A DNA stretch of 64,000 nt from Diplonema japonicum (Eukaryota; Protista; Euglenozoa: Diplonemea), in assembly GCA_964019335.1 (NCBI GenBank), contig OZ025669.1:248001-312000 (forward strand). The letters are read 5' to 3'. Of the stretch, positions 22,137 to 32,201 are shown piece after piece; the stretch's first letter is position 1, and each line of letters begins with the position of its first letter. The notes beneath the pieces were generated by a model, which was not told the origin of the DNA, did not search any database, and saw nothing but the letters and a program-made list of their open reading frames with translations. The position numbers and the translations under genes were made by a program.

Positions 22137-22431
22137 TTTGATAAATTTCGGTGTGCGGGTGGGTGCTCACCGTTCAGGGTGAAATTCACACTAATCGGTC
22201 ACCGTTCTGCGGTTGCTGTCTGGTGCCTGCGGTGGCTGTTTGTCGCGATGAGATGGACGGCATCTGGGCGAGAAACATTGCTTGGAGTCGTGCTAGGTAG
22301 GGGGCGGTTTGGCTCGAGGAGAAGAGTGGTCTCCTGTCGTAGCCGTGTGTCGTCGGGCCCCCAAGATGTCGAAGGGTGTGTACCCTTGTCTTTGCGTTGG
22401 CGGGGAAAGCATTCTTCCCACTCTTTGCTTT
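22137..22431 (-). mobile_element. ~295-nt 5'-truncated copy of the 15504 retroelement with TSD TAACAAAAA
   Basis: Matches 15504-15796. TAACAAAAA lies at 22128-22136 and at 22432-22440. Confidence 0.9.
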
Positions 22432-22478
22432 TAACAAAAAAAAACAAAGACTCGTTCTTGCAAAAAAAAAAAAAAAGA

Positions 22479-23362
22479 GAGAAAAACTACAAACACGACA
22501 CGCGAATTTGGATTTTCCACCAAACTCTGTAACCTGTTTTTTGCCCTTTGTCCACGGAAACTTGCAATTTCATATCCACCAAACACGTTTTCAAAATATC
22601 TTGTCCACTATCCACGGTTACCACTTTTGAAATCACGGCAACCTGGCGGCATATTTCCACCATCCACGGTAACCTAGAAAATTATTTCCCATCATCCACG
22701 GTAACCTTGAAAACTTATTTCCACCATCCACGGTAACCCCGAAAATCTTTCCCACCATCCACGGTAACCACTAAGGCTTTTTCACCACGATCCTCGAAAG
22801 GTTTTTCCACCTTTCACTCTTTGACGAACGCAAGCCAAGCAGAGCGTCAGAAAAAACAGCCAACATGCGGATTTGCGCCGCTGTCTCCACCAAGAATGAC
22901 GCAAGCCACAGTTTCGAAAGTGGCAAGCACACAACGTAGGTGGGCCTTGGGTTCTGCTCAAAGGGCCACAGTCTCTTTCTCTGAGTGGTGCCCAGGGGGG
23001 GTTGAGTGTGCAGGGTTGGATTTGTTGAAAACACCCTGCGACCACATTTGTGCTGTGGCCCGCGAGGCACACAAGAACCACTTGGATCTCCTTCCCAAGT
23101 GTTTGCGGGTCGCCGCTTGGTGTTGTAGTGTAGAGTCATTTCCCCCCCTTTTTTACCTTTTGCCTAATCATTTATTCCTATTGTTGCAGTGTGCTGTTTG
23201 GTGGAAATTCGAAATTAGGTTTCCTAAAGGAAAATTTTGATGGTTTACAGGGAAGGGGTGGAAAATTGAAAATTGCTTTCCGTGTTTGGTGGAAAATGAA
23301 ATTCGGGTTGGCTTGAACGGTGGAAAATTTTCATTTGGTTTGTCGTGTTTGTAGTTTTTCTC
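22479..23362 (+). mobile_element. Non-autonomous Mutator-like element (884 bp)
   Basis: Perfect 22-bp TIR gagaaaaactacaaacacgaca; ~31-bp subterminal repeats (ccaccatccacggtaacc); (A)nGA on both flanks; SWIM-finger remnant C...C.......PCDHICAV. Confidence 0.88.
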
Positions 23363-23616
23363 AAAAAAAAAAAGAGACATCTACAAAAAAAGAAGACGAG
23401 AAAACAGTAAGTGCACCAATGGAGCCCTAGAAGGTACTAATGATTCCGTGGAGCGGTCAGGCAGGTCACTTTGCCCAAAAGAAAAGCGAAATGTATGCTA
23501 AAATACCCCGGATAGAAATCTTCCACTTCAATTGCAGTCACCTTAAAAAGCTTTTTCAACAACAGACCAATCACCCTATCGTCGGAAGACGAAGACGTCA
23601 AATTATTCACAAATGT

Positions 23617-23875
23617 TGTGATGCTCCTAAATGTCCTAGGCTGCACGCGCACTACACTGACGCATTAAACGAGTCTGATTGCCTTTCGGCAACCTATCTT
23701 GAGGATGGGGAATCTTTTGAACTTGCGTCGTGATGAGGATCGATGATTGCAATTATTCTCCTTGAATGAGGAATGCCTAGTAGGCGCAAGTCATCAGCTT
23801 GCACTGATTACGTCCCTGCCATTTGTACACACCGCCCGTCGTTGCTACCGATTGGCTGTGGGATAGAGCTGGGGG
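23617..23875 (+). pseudogene. 18S rRNA 3' fragment (euglenozoan type), degenerate
   Basis: tgtgatgctcc...ctgcacgcgcactaca...gaggaatgcctagta...gtccctgccatttgtacacaccgcccgtcgttgctaccgat, with no flanking rDNA. Confidence 0.9.
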
Positions 23876-23924
23876 GAGGGTGTCTCTCTGGGGCACCGCC
23901 GCGAATCCCAGCAATATTTCTCAG

Positions 23925-26234
23925 CTAGAGAGATGTGTAACGCTGAAGATACCAAGAAGGATTGCCTTCGGACGTCGCATGCTCCTTCATCAGGCCAAGG
24001 AAATGGCCACACTCCTTTGAGAACTGCGTTTCGCACTTCTCGAAGCTTGCTGCTGCCGATTTGAATTTTCCCTCAACCATTTCTTGGAAGGCAGTGTTGA
24101 ACAAGGCGTGAGGAAGGCTTTCCTCTTCATTCAAGGAGTACATCCATTCCTCGGTGTCCACTTTCTTCTCTCCAAGTAAACGCGATACCTTTACAGCGGT
24201 GCCTGAGGGCACCTTCAGAAGATCCAGGTCAAGGAAGCGAAAGTTCTTGCATGTCTCGACGACACGTGTGCTGCAGTGCACATGCTCCCCCCCATGCGAA
24301 ACTCGAGCGAACTCCGGCACCACACGTGATCGCACAGCCACGTCGGGGCACACAGCATAAAACCTAGATGCCTGCGTACCAACATTCCCCACTGCTGCAG
24401 TTGTGACTTCGTAGGAGCACCCCACGACCAGCGAGTGATCCAACTGTGTGAACAGATGCATCGCACGAAGACCCTTTTCTGTGTAAGACACCAGCTTTGT
24501 GGCTGCATTGAAACACATCACAATGGAGTCGAAGGTCACATTCACGTGAACCCCCAACCCTGTCGAAGATCCCAGAACCCCTTCCAGCACGTTGTTGTAA
24601 GCTGCAGCAAGATCACCATCAGGCACTTTACCCTTCTCCAGCATAACAGACCCTACTGTGCACTGTCTTGTCGTCAGTTCCAAAGCAAACAGGCTTTTGA
24701 CGTGGTTATGACTCGATTGTGTAAGCTTCGTTGAAATGCTTGGCGAGTGCGTTAGCGACATCGATTCGTCCGAGGAGGCTGAAGACTCCTCTACTATCAG
24801 GTGGCTGGGGATGAAGCTCTTGTACTCCACAAGCATCGCCACCATCGCAAGGAACGACTTCTTCATTTCCTCCACCTCCCGCACTATTGACGCAGAACCC
24901 GCTTTGCTTGTTTCGATCCCGTTGATGTCCATTACCTCCACTCTGTGCATGTCGTGCACAAGCTTGGTGATGGGGTCACTTATCCTCACCGCGATGAGAC
25001 TTGCTGTCACTATCGCTACCACCGTCACACCCAAAGAAATGAAGACCACGGTTATGATAGTGTTCTGAGCATTGTCTCGCTCCTTGTCTGTGTGTTCCTC
25101 CACCTCCCGCAGAAGTGCATCGTAAGGGGTGATCACCACCCTGGACCACAAGGGCCCGTTTGCCAAGGGCTCGATGTCGATGAAGTATCTGATGTGGCCT
25201 TGCAGGGGGAACCTCGCTGTTCCAGAGGTCTTGAACACACGCTCCCTGTTTCCAGTTTGTATATCTACGCCTGTTGCTACTCTTATCCCAGGGCCGATGA
25301 CGGGGTGCTCCGACTCAGTAGCAACAACACGGTGCCAGGCCGGTACAGAGACACTACCCATGTTAATTGATGCAAACCCGTGGGTGCACTCCAGGAGGAG
25401 CCCTGTAGGTGCCTCAAGGATGCACAGGATCGTCTCGTTCAGGATTGGTGTGTAGCCTGTGTTGTTGTACTGCCCTACCATTAGAGGCTCTCCACCGCCG
25501 ATGATGGACTGCAGGAGAGGCCTTAAGAGATCAAGGGATATTTCGGAGAAGATGAAGATGTTGTTATCGATGGTCCCTGGAAGGACGGGGCCCCCGAAGC
25601 CCATTTCCAGCTGCCCTGATGGGTCATCGCCGTTCACTTCCCCCCAGACGTAGGCAATTGCTTTGTCTTCCCTGATGAAGTCCTCACCAAAGGCCTCCGT
25701 TTCTCTATTCTCCTGGTAGTAGATGTCGATGTCCAAAGGAACAGGGTACCTGTCCCAGAAGTCTACCCTGGTTTCGTTAACAAAGCGCATCATGGATCTC
25801 CTGTCAGTGTCATCGTCCAGGAAGCCCTTCACCGCTAGCGTGGTGAAGCCGTTCACAACATTTACAACCCACCCTTCCCGAGGGAAGACACGGGTACTTG
25901 CTTCAAGGTGTGCCAGCATGCTGCGCGCAACAAACAAAGTATCAACCCAGCCCAAGGGAGCACCCATTCCTACTATGAGAGAGCTTGTCTTCCCCAGTTC
26001 AACAACTTCTCTTAAGGGCCTGAAGACTCTTGCCTCGACGGACAGCGCAAGGAACCTACCCCGCTCACGCATAATTTCTCGCGCCAACCCGTACGCGAGG
26101 TCCTCAGCCACAGACGCTGTGCCATCTACAGTATCGTACATGTTCACCCCAAGCATCGACACAGCAACCGCAACCGTCACCACAACGCTCAGCACCGTCG
26201 TCGCGATGCTCAAATCTCTCAGACGCCAGGGCAT
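23925..26234 (-). CDS. Receptor-type class III cyclase-like protein (TM-sensor-TM-HAMP-degenerate cyclase)
   Basis: Two TM helices; HAMP (ISDPITKLVHDM...VREVEEMKKSF..M...L.EYKSFIP); VGNVGT; EEWMY tail. Confidence 0.8.
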   Translation of the reverse strand: MPWRLRDLSIATTVLSVVVTVAVAVSMLGVNMYDTVDGTASVAEDLAYGLAREIMRERGRFLALSVEARVFRPLREVVELGKTSSLIVGMGAPLGWVDTLFVARSMLAHLEASTRVFPREGWVVNVVNGFTTLAVKGFLDDDTDRRSMMRFVNETRVDFWDRYPVPLDIDIYYQENRETEAFGEDFIREDKAIAYVWGEVNGDDPSGQLEMGFGGPVLPGTIDNNIFIFSEISLDLLRPLLQSIIGGGEPLMVGQYNNTGYTPILNETILCILEAPTGLLLECTHGFASINMGSVSVPAWHRVVATESEHPVIGPGIRVATGVDIQTGNRERVFKTSGTARFPLQGHIRYFIDIEPLANGPLWSRVVITPYDALLREVEEHTDKERDNAQNTIITVVFISLGVTVVAIVTASLIAVRISDPITKLVHDMHRVEVMDINGIETSKAGSASIVREVEEMKKSFLAMVAMLVEYKSFIPSHLIVEESSASSDESMSLTHSPSISTKLTQSSHNHVKSLFALELTTRQCTVGSVMLEKGKVPDGDLAAAYNNVLEGVLGSSTGLGVHVNVTFDSIVMCFNAATKLVSYTEKGLRAMHLFTQLDHSLVVGCSYEVTTAAVGNVGTQASRFYAVCPDVAVRSRVVPEFARVSHGGEHVHCSTRVVETCKNFRFLDLDLLKVPSGTAVKVSRLLGEKKVDTEEWMYSLNEEESLPHALFNTAFQEMVEGKFKSAAASFEKCETQFSKECGHFLGLMKEHATSEGNPSWYLQRYTSL

Positions 26235-26708
26235 TGTAGTCACTTGAACTTTATGCAACGCAAGTTTGTTTGGTCACACAAACGATATTACGTTTTGCGT
26301 TGCTTTATTTCCCTTAAAAACCCTGTATAAAATCAATTGCCGCAATGCCAACGAATAGTCTTTAGGACAGACAATAAAATATTGTTAATACACAAAAAGA
26401 AATGAAAAGAAAAGAAGAAGAATGACAAATGAAACTAGTGCCACGTAGACTAGCCCATTGAAAGAGTACGCTGGTGGTCAAAGTGGTTCGGTGGTTGACG
26501 CCAATGCCCACCTTCTGGTGTCTGAAAGATACTAAATGTAAAAAAAACAAACCTTTTTTATTTTAGAGAATGAGATAACAATAAAAAAGATTCTTCCTTT
26601 AACATAAAGCCCAAAACACTTCGCTACCCATTCCTTATGTCATTCTGTACTTCCTCGCAGAGTGATCCCAAGTAGGGGCCTGCCGGAAATGACGAAGATC
26701 ACAGCCGT

Positions 26709-28175
26709 TCAGGGGTACGGCTTGTAACGAATTGAAACAGGCTGAGTAGATAGCTCATCTGCTCTCTCTCGTTGAGTAGACGCAGACAGTGGCTCGGGAC
26801 TTGACCCCGCTTTCTCTGGTTGTGTGCTGGGCCGTCTATTCTTCATCTGCTCTTCAAAGCATTCATAAAAGTCAAGCACCAGACTCGACTGCATAAAAGT
26901 AGAAGCTGTGCGGTCACCATGCAGTCGTAGCTCCTCAGGAATCACTGCACGTGAGAGGGCAACGTACCCCTGCCCGCAGGCGAAGATCCCATTCAGACAG
27001 ACGTCAAGCTTTTTAATGCTCATACCCTGTGCTTTGTGTATCGTCATCGCCCAGCTCAGTGTCAGTGGGACCTGCTTGCGAAGGTAACGGATCTTCTCCC
27101 CCTCCACACCACTCGTGACCCCAGGAAGGACAACCTCCTTCTCTTCTAGCAAGCACCGCACCACAGTCTCAGGCCCATCGTCCCACTTCACTACTGGCAG
27201 CATATCCGTATGGTCAGGAACATATGACTCGTTCGGGAAGGGATCCTGGTACGTGTCCGCCAGGACATGCCGTGGGATCGTCTTTTTCACAAGCTTCGTC
27301 ACGGTCCCTTGGCTTCCGTTCACAAGCCAATCTGCTATGTTCCGCAGGCACATTACGCGTGCCCCTACTGCCAGTGTCACCTCCCTTGGGAACGTCCACT
27401 GTCCCTCTCCTATCTTAGGAGCACCGTCGGGAGGTAGCGTGTCGGTCGATATGTAAAGATACCGCTCTGTCTTCAGCTCTGATAGCTTCTGCGCGTTGTA
27501 AGTCAACGCCTGCTTCCTCGTGGCGTACAGCTTGGTTTTATCAGGGTCAGGGTCTCTGTTTCTGAGCTCACTCAGAAAAGCTTCCGTCTCAGGTCCTATG
27601 ACTCCTTTGCGCATATCGGCTAGGGCGTTCAAGAACCTTTGGTCAGTTTGACGGTAGATAGTTTTAAGGAGGACAGCGTGCTTCATGAAAGAGCGAAATA
27701 GCCGCAGATCAGTTATCAGCTTCTGACCCTGGATAGGTTGGAGTTGGTGGAAGTCGCCGACGAGGATGACCTGCATGCCCCCGAAAGGACGGATGTTCTT
27801 CCGCATAAGCTGCCCACACTTGTCGAGGTGTGACAGCAGCTCCACGTTCATCATTGACACCTCATCGATTATCAAGAGCGACGTCGCCCGCCACCGCTTT
27901 ATGGCCCCGTCACCAGGTAGCTCATCCCCCCTATGTCCTATTCCAGCCCAGCTGTGTATTGTTTTCCCGCCCCGTAAGTGTGTTGCTGCGCATCCTGTCA
28001 GCGCTGTCGTGGCTACCAATGACCCCTTATCCTCCACCGCCTTCCTTATCAGGTTAATCAGATGCGTCTTCCCCGTCCCGGCTGAACCAGACAAGAAGAA
28101 GTTCTTCCCTTCTTCCGCCGTTCGCAGTGCGAGCTGCTGCTCTGGGGACAGCACAGGGTCAACATCCCCAGGCAT
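26709..28175 (-). CDS. PIF1: PIF1-family 5'-3' DNA helicase
   Basis: GSAGTGKT, IIDEVSM, PFGGMQVILVGDFHQL, YRQ, LVNGSQG, WAMTIHKAQG, GQGYVALSR. Confidence 0.95.
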   Translation of the reverse strand: MPGDVDPVLSPEQQLALRTAEEGKNFFLSGSAGTGKTHLINLIRKAVEDKGSLVATTALTGCAATHLRGGKTIHSWAGIGHRGDELPGDGAIKRWRATSLLIIDEVSMMNVELLSHLDKCGQLMRKNIRPFGGMQVILVGDFHQLQPIQGQKLITDLRLFRSFMKHAVLLKTIYRQTDQRFLNALADMRKGVIGPETEAFLSELRNRDPDPDKTKLYATRKQALTYNAQKLSELKTERYLYISTDTLPPDGAPKIGEGQWTFPREVTLAVGARVMCLRNIADWLVNGSQGTVTKLVKKTIPRHVLADTYQDPFPNESYVPDHTDMLPVVKWDDGPETVVRCLLEEKEVVLPGVTSGVEGEKIRYLRKQVPLTLSWAMTIHKAQGMSIKKLDVCLNGIFACGQGYVALSRAVIPEELRLHGDRTASTFMQSSLVLDFYECFEEQMKNRRPSTQPEKAGSSPEPLSASTQRERADELSTQPVSIRYKPYP

Positions 28176-28257
28176 CCCACTGAGTGATTTACAAGAATAC
28201 GCATAAAAACAACCTTTTCTTCAAAAACAATACTACTCTATACAACATAATCTACAG

Positions 28258-29333
28258 CTAGTAGCCCATGCGGGCATAATACTCTTTAGCTAGGTTTTCG
28301 GTCATCGCCTTGTGGTCGATGCCGTCGTGCATGGGTTGGGGCGCCCTGCCGTAAGGCTTGATGGCGTGTGTGGAGGAAGACCGTCTAGCAGCGGGGGCGC
28401 CTATCGAGGGCCGCCGTTTTATCGCTGCAGGCTTCAAAACAGATGTGAGGGCTCTATGGGGCTTCGACGACTGTTGGTCGGCTTCAAGTTGTGCTTGTTT
28501 GTGCGTCAGCCATCCTAGACGGACTTGGTACTCATCTTTCATGTCCGACAGCTTGTTTTCATACTCCCGCTGCATGGACTCGAGGTCGTGGACCACGCCT
28601 CTTTCCAGCTCGCACACCCTCTGTCGCTCTTTTTCTCTTCCCTCTGCAAATTTTCCCAAGGACTGCATCCTCGATAACCCTTCCAGGCCCCGGATGCCTT
28701 CCGTTCTGTAAAGGTATTCAATGGAATAAACAACAAAAGAGCATACTGTACGGTCCGCACCAGCTGCGCCGTGATCTCGGACTTGACGTGCATGAGCTCT
28801 GATTCATGGTTCCGACGCATTTGTTCCACTGCAGTGAGAATGGACGGGGAGGGGGGGAGGGGGGGAGGGGGATGCTGAACATACTCTCGCATTCCATCAT
28901 TTTGATGTCAGTGTGTGATCGTTGCAGTTGTTTGTCTTTCTCTGACAGCTCGTGCTGGAGTAGGGCCACCTGCTGCTCTAGGTACTTCTTGTCATCGGGC
29001 CATGAGTTGTATAATGCCTGCCGCTGCTTGCTGGGGTCAATCGAATGGTTCTATTTTTCTTTTTGTTGGTTTTTAACACACGCAGACCTGAAGATGCCTT
29101 TCCCGCAGTGCGGCAGCGTCTTGTTCATAAACATTTTGCGGTGGCCTCCTCGGTGGCTGTATCCCAACGCCCTGCTGCTGATGCTGTCCTTGCAACGTCA
29201 CCGAAGGTGTATGTGGTACACCCATTACCGACGCCACGCTATTCCTTTTGCTCGCCAGGTTCGAGCGCTGCTTCGCCATCTTCCTCATCATCAGCTGGTC
29301 GCCCTGGTCCCCTTCATCTTCCTCAATCATCAT
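28258..29333 (-). CDS. Coiled-coil protein of unknown function (3 introns)
   Basis: Track fragments join in frame through three GT-AG introns starting from MMIEEDEG. Confidence 0.7.
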
Positions 29334-29490
29334 TTTGGCTCCCTTTATGGTGGTGGTGATACCCAACGTTTGAGTAACAAATGCAGACTGGGGGAGAGAA
29401 GAGGCAATGTTTTAGGGCTAATCCAACTTGAGGACCACCTCGAGAATAAACAAAAAAAAGAAAAACTGAATGTGTAAATAAAAGGGCGCT

Positions 29491-30501
29491 TCATCGCAGC
29501 GCGGCGAGAAAAGGAGATTTCACAGTATAAAGGTTGGAAACGAGAGGAAGTGGAGCCTTTTCCCGCTTAGGGGTAGGCTGTGCCTCAAGAAAACTGTAAT
29601 TGGGCCTAATGCTTGGTCGGGGGAAGGGGTTGGGGAAGTTGAGGGACAACCCGTCCAGAGGGTGGCGGGTACTCGTTTTTAACTGCCAAGCATGATAGTC
29701 AGGGTTGTAGTGGGTCACGCCATGAAGGTGGCCGCGAGGCGCTCCAGGAGGGAAGTGTCCATTGGCCAGCATCACGGACCTTGCCTGGCATTGGGTCAAG
29801 GGATCGTGTCGCCTCCAAACCTGCGTTGCCCCGAGGCGTATGGCAAGCTGGTGGTTCGGCTCCTCTTCCGATTGAGGCTTCGAAACAGACACTACCTCCC
29901 TCCTTCCTATCCCATTGAGTACCCCCTGCATGTCTTCAAGCTTCCTTGTCCTCGCGGCAATGGCCATGGGGGACTTCTCTCTCTTGTCAACACTGTTGCT
30001 GTACTTGCTTGCAACATGGGGCTTTGCCATCCATTTACGGTTTTGCAAGCTCTGCGTCTCTTCAGGTTGCGCGAAAGAAGAGAAGAGCTGTGAAAAGTCC
30101 TTCTGCGACATAGTGGATGATGAAGGATCGAGCCCAGCCTCTGTAAGTGCTTCCCGTACGTCAAGGCACAGCCCGTAGTCAGCAGCAATGTCTTGAAGGG
30201 ACGTGGTGGTTGTGCTGCCCGTCTTGTTGAGGTACTCATACGCTTCTTCTTGTTCCCCTCTCACGGTACTTTCCCGTTGTATAACGGCTTCTAGGATGGC
30301 TTGGACCTCAGAAATCCCAACTATCGTCCCGACACGGTAATGGGGCAGAACCTGTGTCATTTTCAACCTTAGCTCCTCCATCCCTACACGGTGGCCCATC
30401 ACCTTCAGTACATTCCGCACTGATTTCAAAGTGTTTATCTCGCCATGGCGTTGTTCGCAAATAGAGTAGGCCTCTGCGCAAGGCTCTCTACTGGCCTCCA
30501 T
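29491..30501 (-). CDS. Hypothetical protein with a degenerate calmodulin/EF-hand-like N-terminal half
   Basis: 336-aa frame with calmodulin-like helix spacing (EAY...GEI....VRNVLKVMG; EAYEYL...GS) but no intact Ca-binding loops. Confidence 0.6.
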   Translation of the reverse strand: MEASREPCAEAYSICEQRHGEINTLKSVRNVLKVMGHRVGMEELRLKMTQVLPHYRVGTIVGISEVQAILEAVIQRESTVRGEQEEAYEYLNKTGSTTTTSLQDIAADYGLCLDVREALTEAGLDPSSSTMSQKDFSQLFSSFAQPEETQSLQNRKWMAKPHVASKYSNSVDKREKSPMAIAARTRKLEDMQGVLNGIGRREVVSVSKPQSEEEPNHQLAIRLGATQVWRRHDPLTQCQARSVMLANGHFPPGAPRGHLHGVTHYNPDYHAWQLKTSTRHPLDGLSLNFPNPFPRPSIRPNYSFLEAQPTPKREKAPLPLVSNLYTVKSPFLAALR

Positions 30502-31374
30502 GTGGATCTCTGGAGGTGTGTAGTAAAGGGGAGAAAGGGGTGTGGAACATGAGATACTTCGCCTTCTCTTTTGAGAAATCAAATCGAGTATTGAAAAAAA
30601 GGGGGGGTGGAGGAAGCGGAAAGAAGATCACATGTGGGAAAGAAAAGAAAAACGAAATGACTCAAAAAAATATGGTAAAAAAGGAAAGGGGAATTCACAT
30701 AGTACCCAGAAGAAGCAAAAAAAAATACTGAAATTCACTCATTACCCTTAAAAAAAAAAAAAGTCGAATTCACGTTCCCAAATGGGGGGGGGGGGGTTAT
30801 TTTTTAAGGTATTTTTGGTTTGGGGCCCTTGAGAGACTTTTTTTTTAAAAGGCATTAAGCGAATTACCCCCCAAAAAAAAAGAGATGATATTAAATATGG
30901 TCGCGGGCCTACTTGCCAAATAAAGGAAAAAATGGGGTTTTTTTTTTTCACGGGTGTGATAACTATAATCAGAAAAGAAGAAAAAAAAAAAGAAAAAAAA
31001 AAAAACCATGGCGAAAGTATTGTAAACTAAAGCGCCCACAGGCCACATACTAATTGTAAACAACCTCAGATGTCTTGTAGTAGACACATGGTGCTGGACG
31101 CTAAAGGCCTTTGAGAAAATGCGATCATCCTTGCCTTGGAACGCCCCCCCCCCCCCCCCCCCCCCTGTCTCTTTTAAAAAAGGATACCATACCCCCACAC
31201 CGGTAGCATGAATACTGTTTCCCCATTCTTACCCCACATGCGTAGCTGGGCACGAGGGGAAGGGGGAGGGGCTTTCAATAAGAAACTATTCCTTTGTTGC
31301 TTACCGGATTTCTTTTATTGTGTATCTTCAAAAAAAAAAGAAAAAAGAAAAAAGAAAAAAGAAAAAAAAAAAAA

Positions 31375-31964
31375 CTCAAAGTACAGGACAAGCCCCCGCT
31401 AGAGGGCCGCCCTATGGGAGGGGGGTCTATCTGTTAATACTCCCCTTCTGGAGCATTGCTTTCATTCCGATTGAGGCCGTGAGCGTCTTGCGGAGTCGTG
31501 TGATGCGGTCCCGCTTGTAGTCGGCTTTCAATTCCATTAGCTTGTCGTGCGTGGACCGGGTGGCGAAAATAGGCCTCCTGGAGAAACCAATAGCTGCCTT
31601 TCCTCCAATGGCGATGAGGGACTTCTCTTTTTCTCTCGTCCGCTGGGAAGGGGCGTCGCTTCTTCCGTGCCCTGCATGCTGTGTTTATCTTTACGATGAG
31701 AGCTTTGATTCTGCGCGCCCTATCTTCCAGCAGGCCTCCCAAAGACTTTCCGGTCGTCCATTCGAAGTCAATGGCCAGTTCCACCGCCGACACCTCCGAG
31801 GTGGTGTCCTTCTCCACCCAGCGCAGTTGTGACAACCATTGTAGCAGCGGGTTCAGGTACTGGGACAGGACCCCGCTCACTCCTTCGAGCTCGCCAGCTA
31901 TCGGAACGGGGCATCTCTTACCTACCACACTTCGAATCCACGGTAGCGGCTGTGTGTTGACATC
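31375..31964 (-). mobile_element. 5'-truncated non-LTR remnant, a diverged relative of the 15504 element
   Basis: LLQWLSQLRW...VSAVELAIDFEWTTGKSLGG aligns with VLRWLKSLRW...VTTMELAVDYEQATRQSLAG. A-runs on both flanks. Confidence 0.8.
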
Positions 31965-32201
31965 AAAAAAAGAAAAAAAAGCAGAAGCAGAACGTGCATG
32001 GGAAAGGGTATGGAGCAGGAAAAAAGCACGTTTTTTTTTTTTTTTTCTTTCTTTCTTTCTTTCTTTTTTTTTTTTTGAATTATCTTGTTCCCTCAAACTT
32101 CAAAATTAAAAAAAAAAATTTAAAAAAAAAAAAAAAAAAAGGGACAAAAGAGGTGGACTTCACATGCAACACCCCATTCCTCCTTAATATAAACAAAAAA
32201 A

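Noticed and set aside
22540-22790. Regular ~31-bp repeats as a CRISPR array (also 47300-47660 and 48630-48900)
   Set aside because: There are no unique spacers or cas genes; these are subterminal repeats between transposon TIRs.
26709-28175. PIF1 as a Helitron or transposon-borne helicase
   Set aside because: No Rep/HUH domain or element termini; it sits as an ordinary gene in the cluster.
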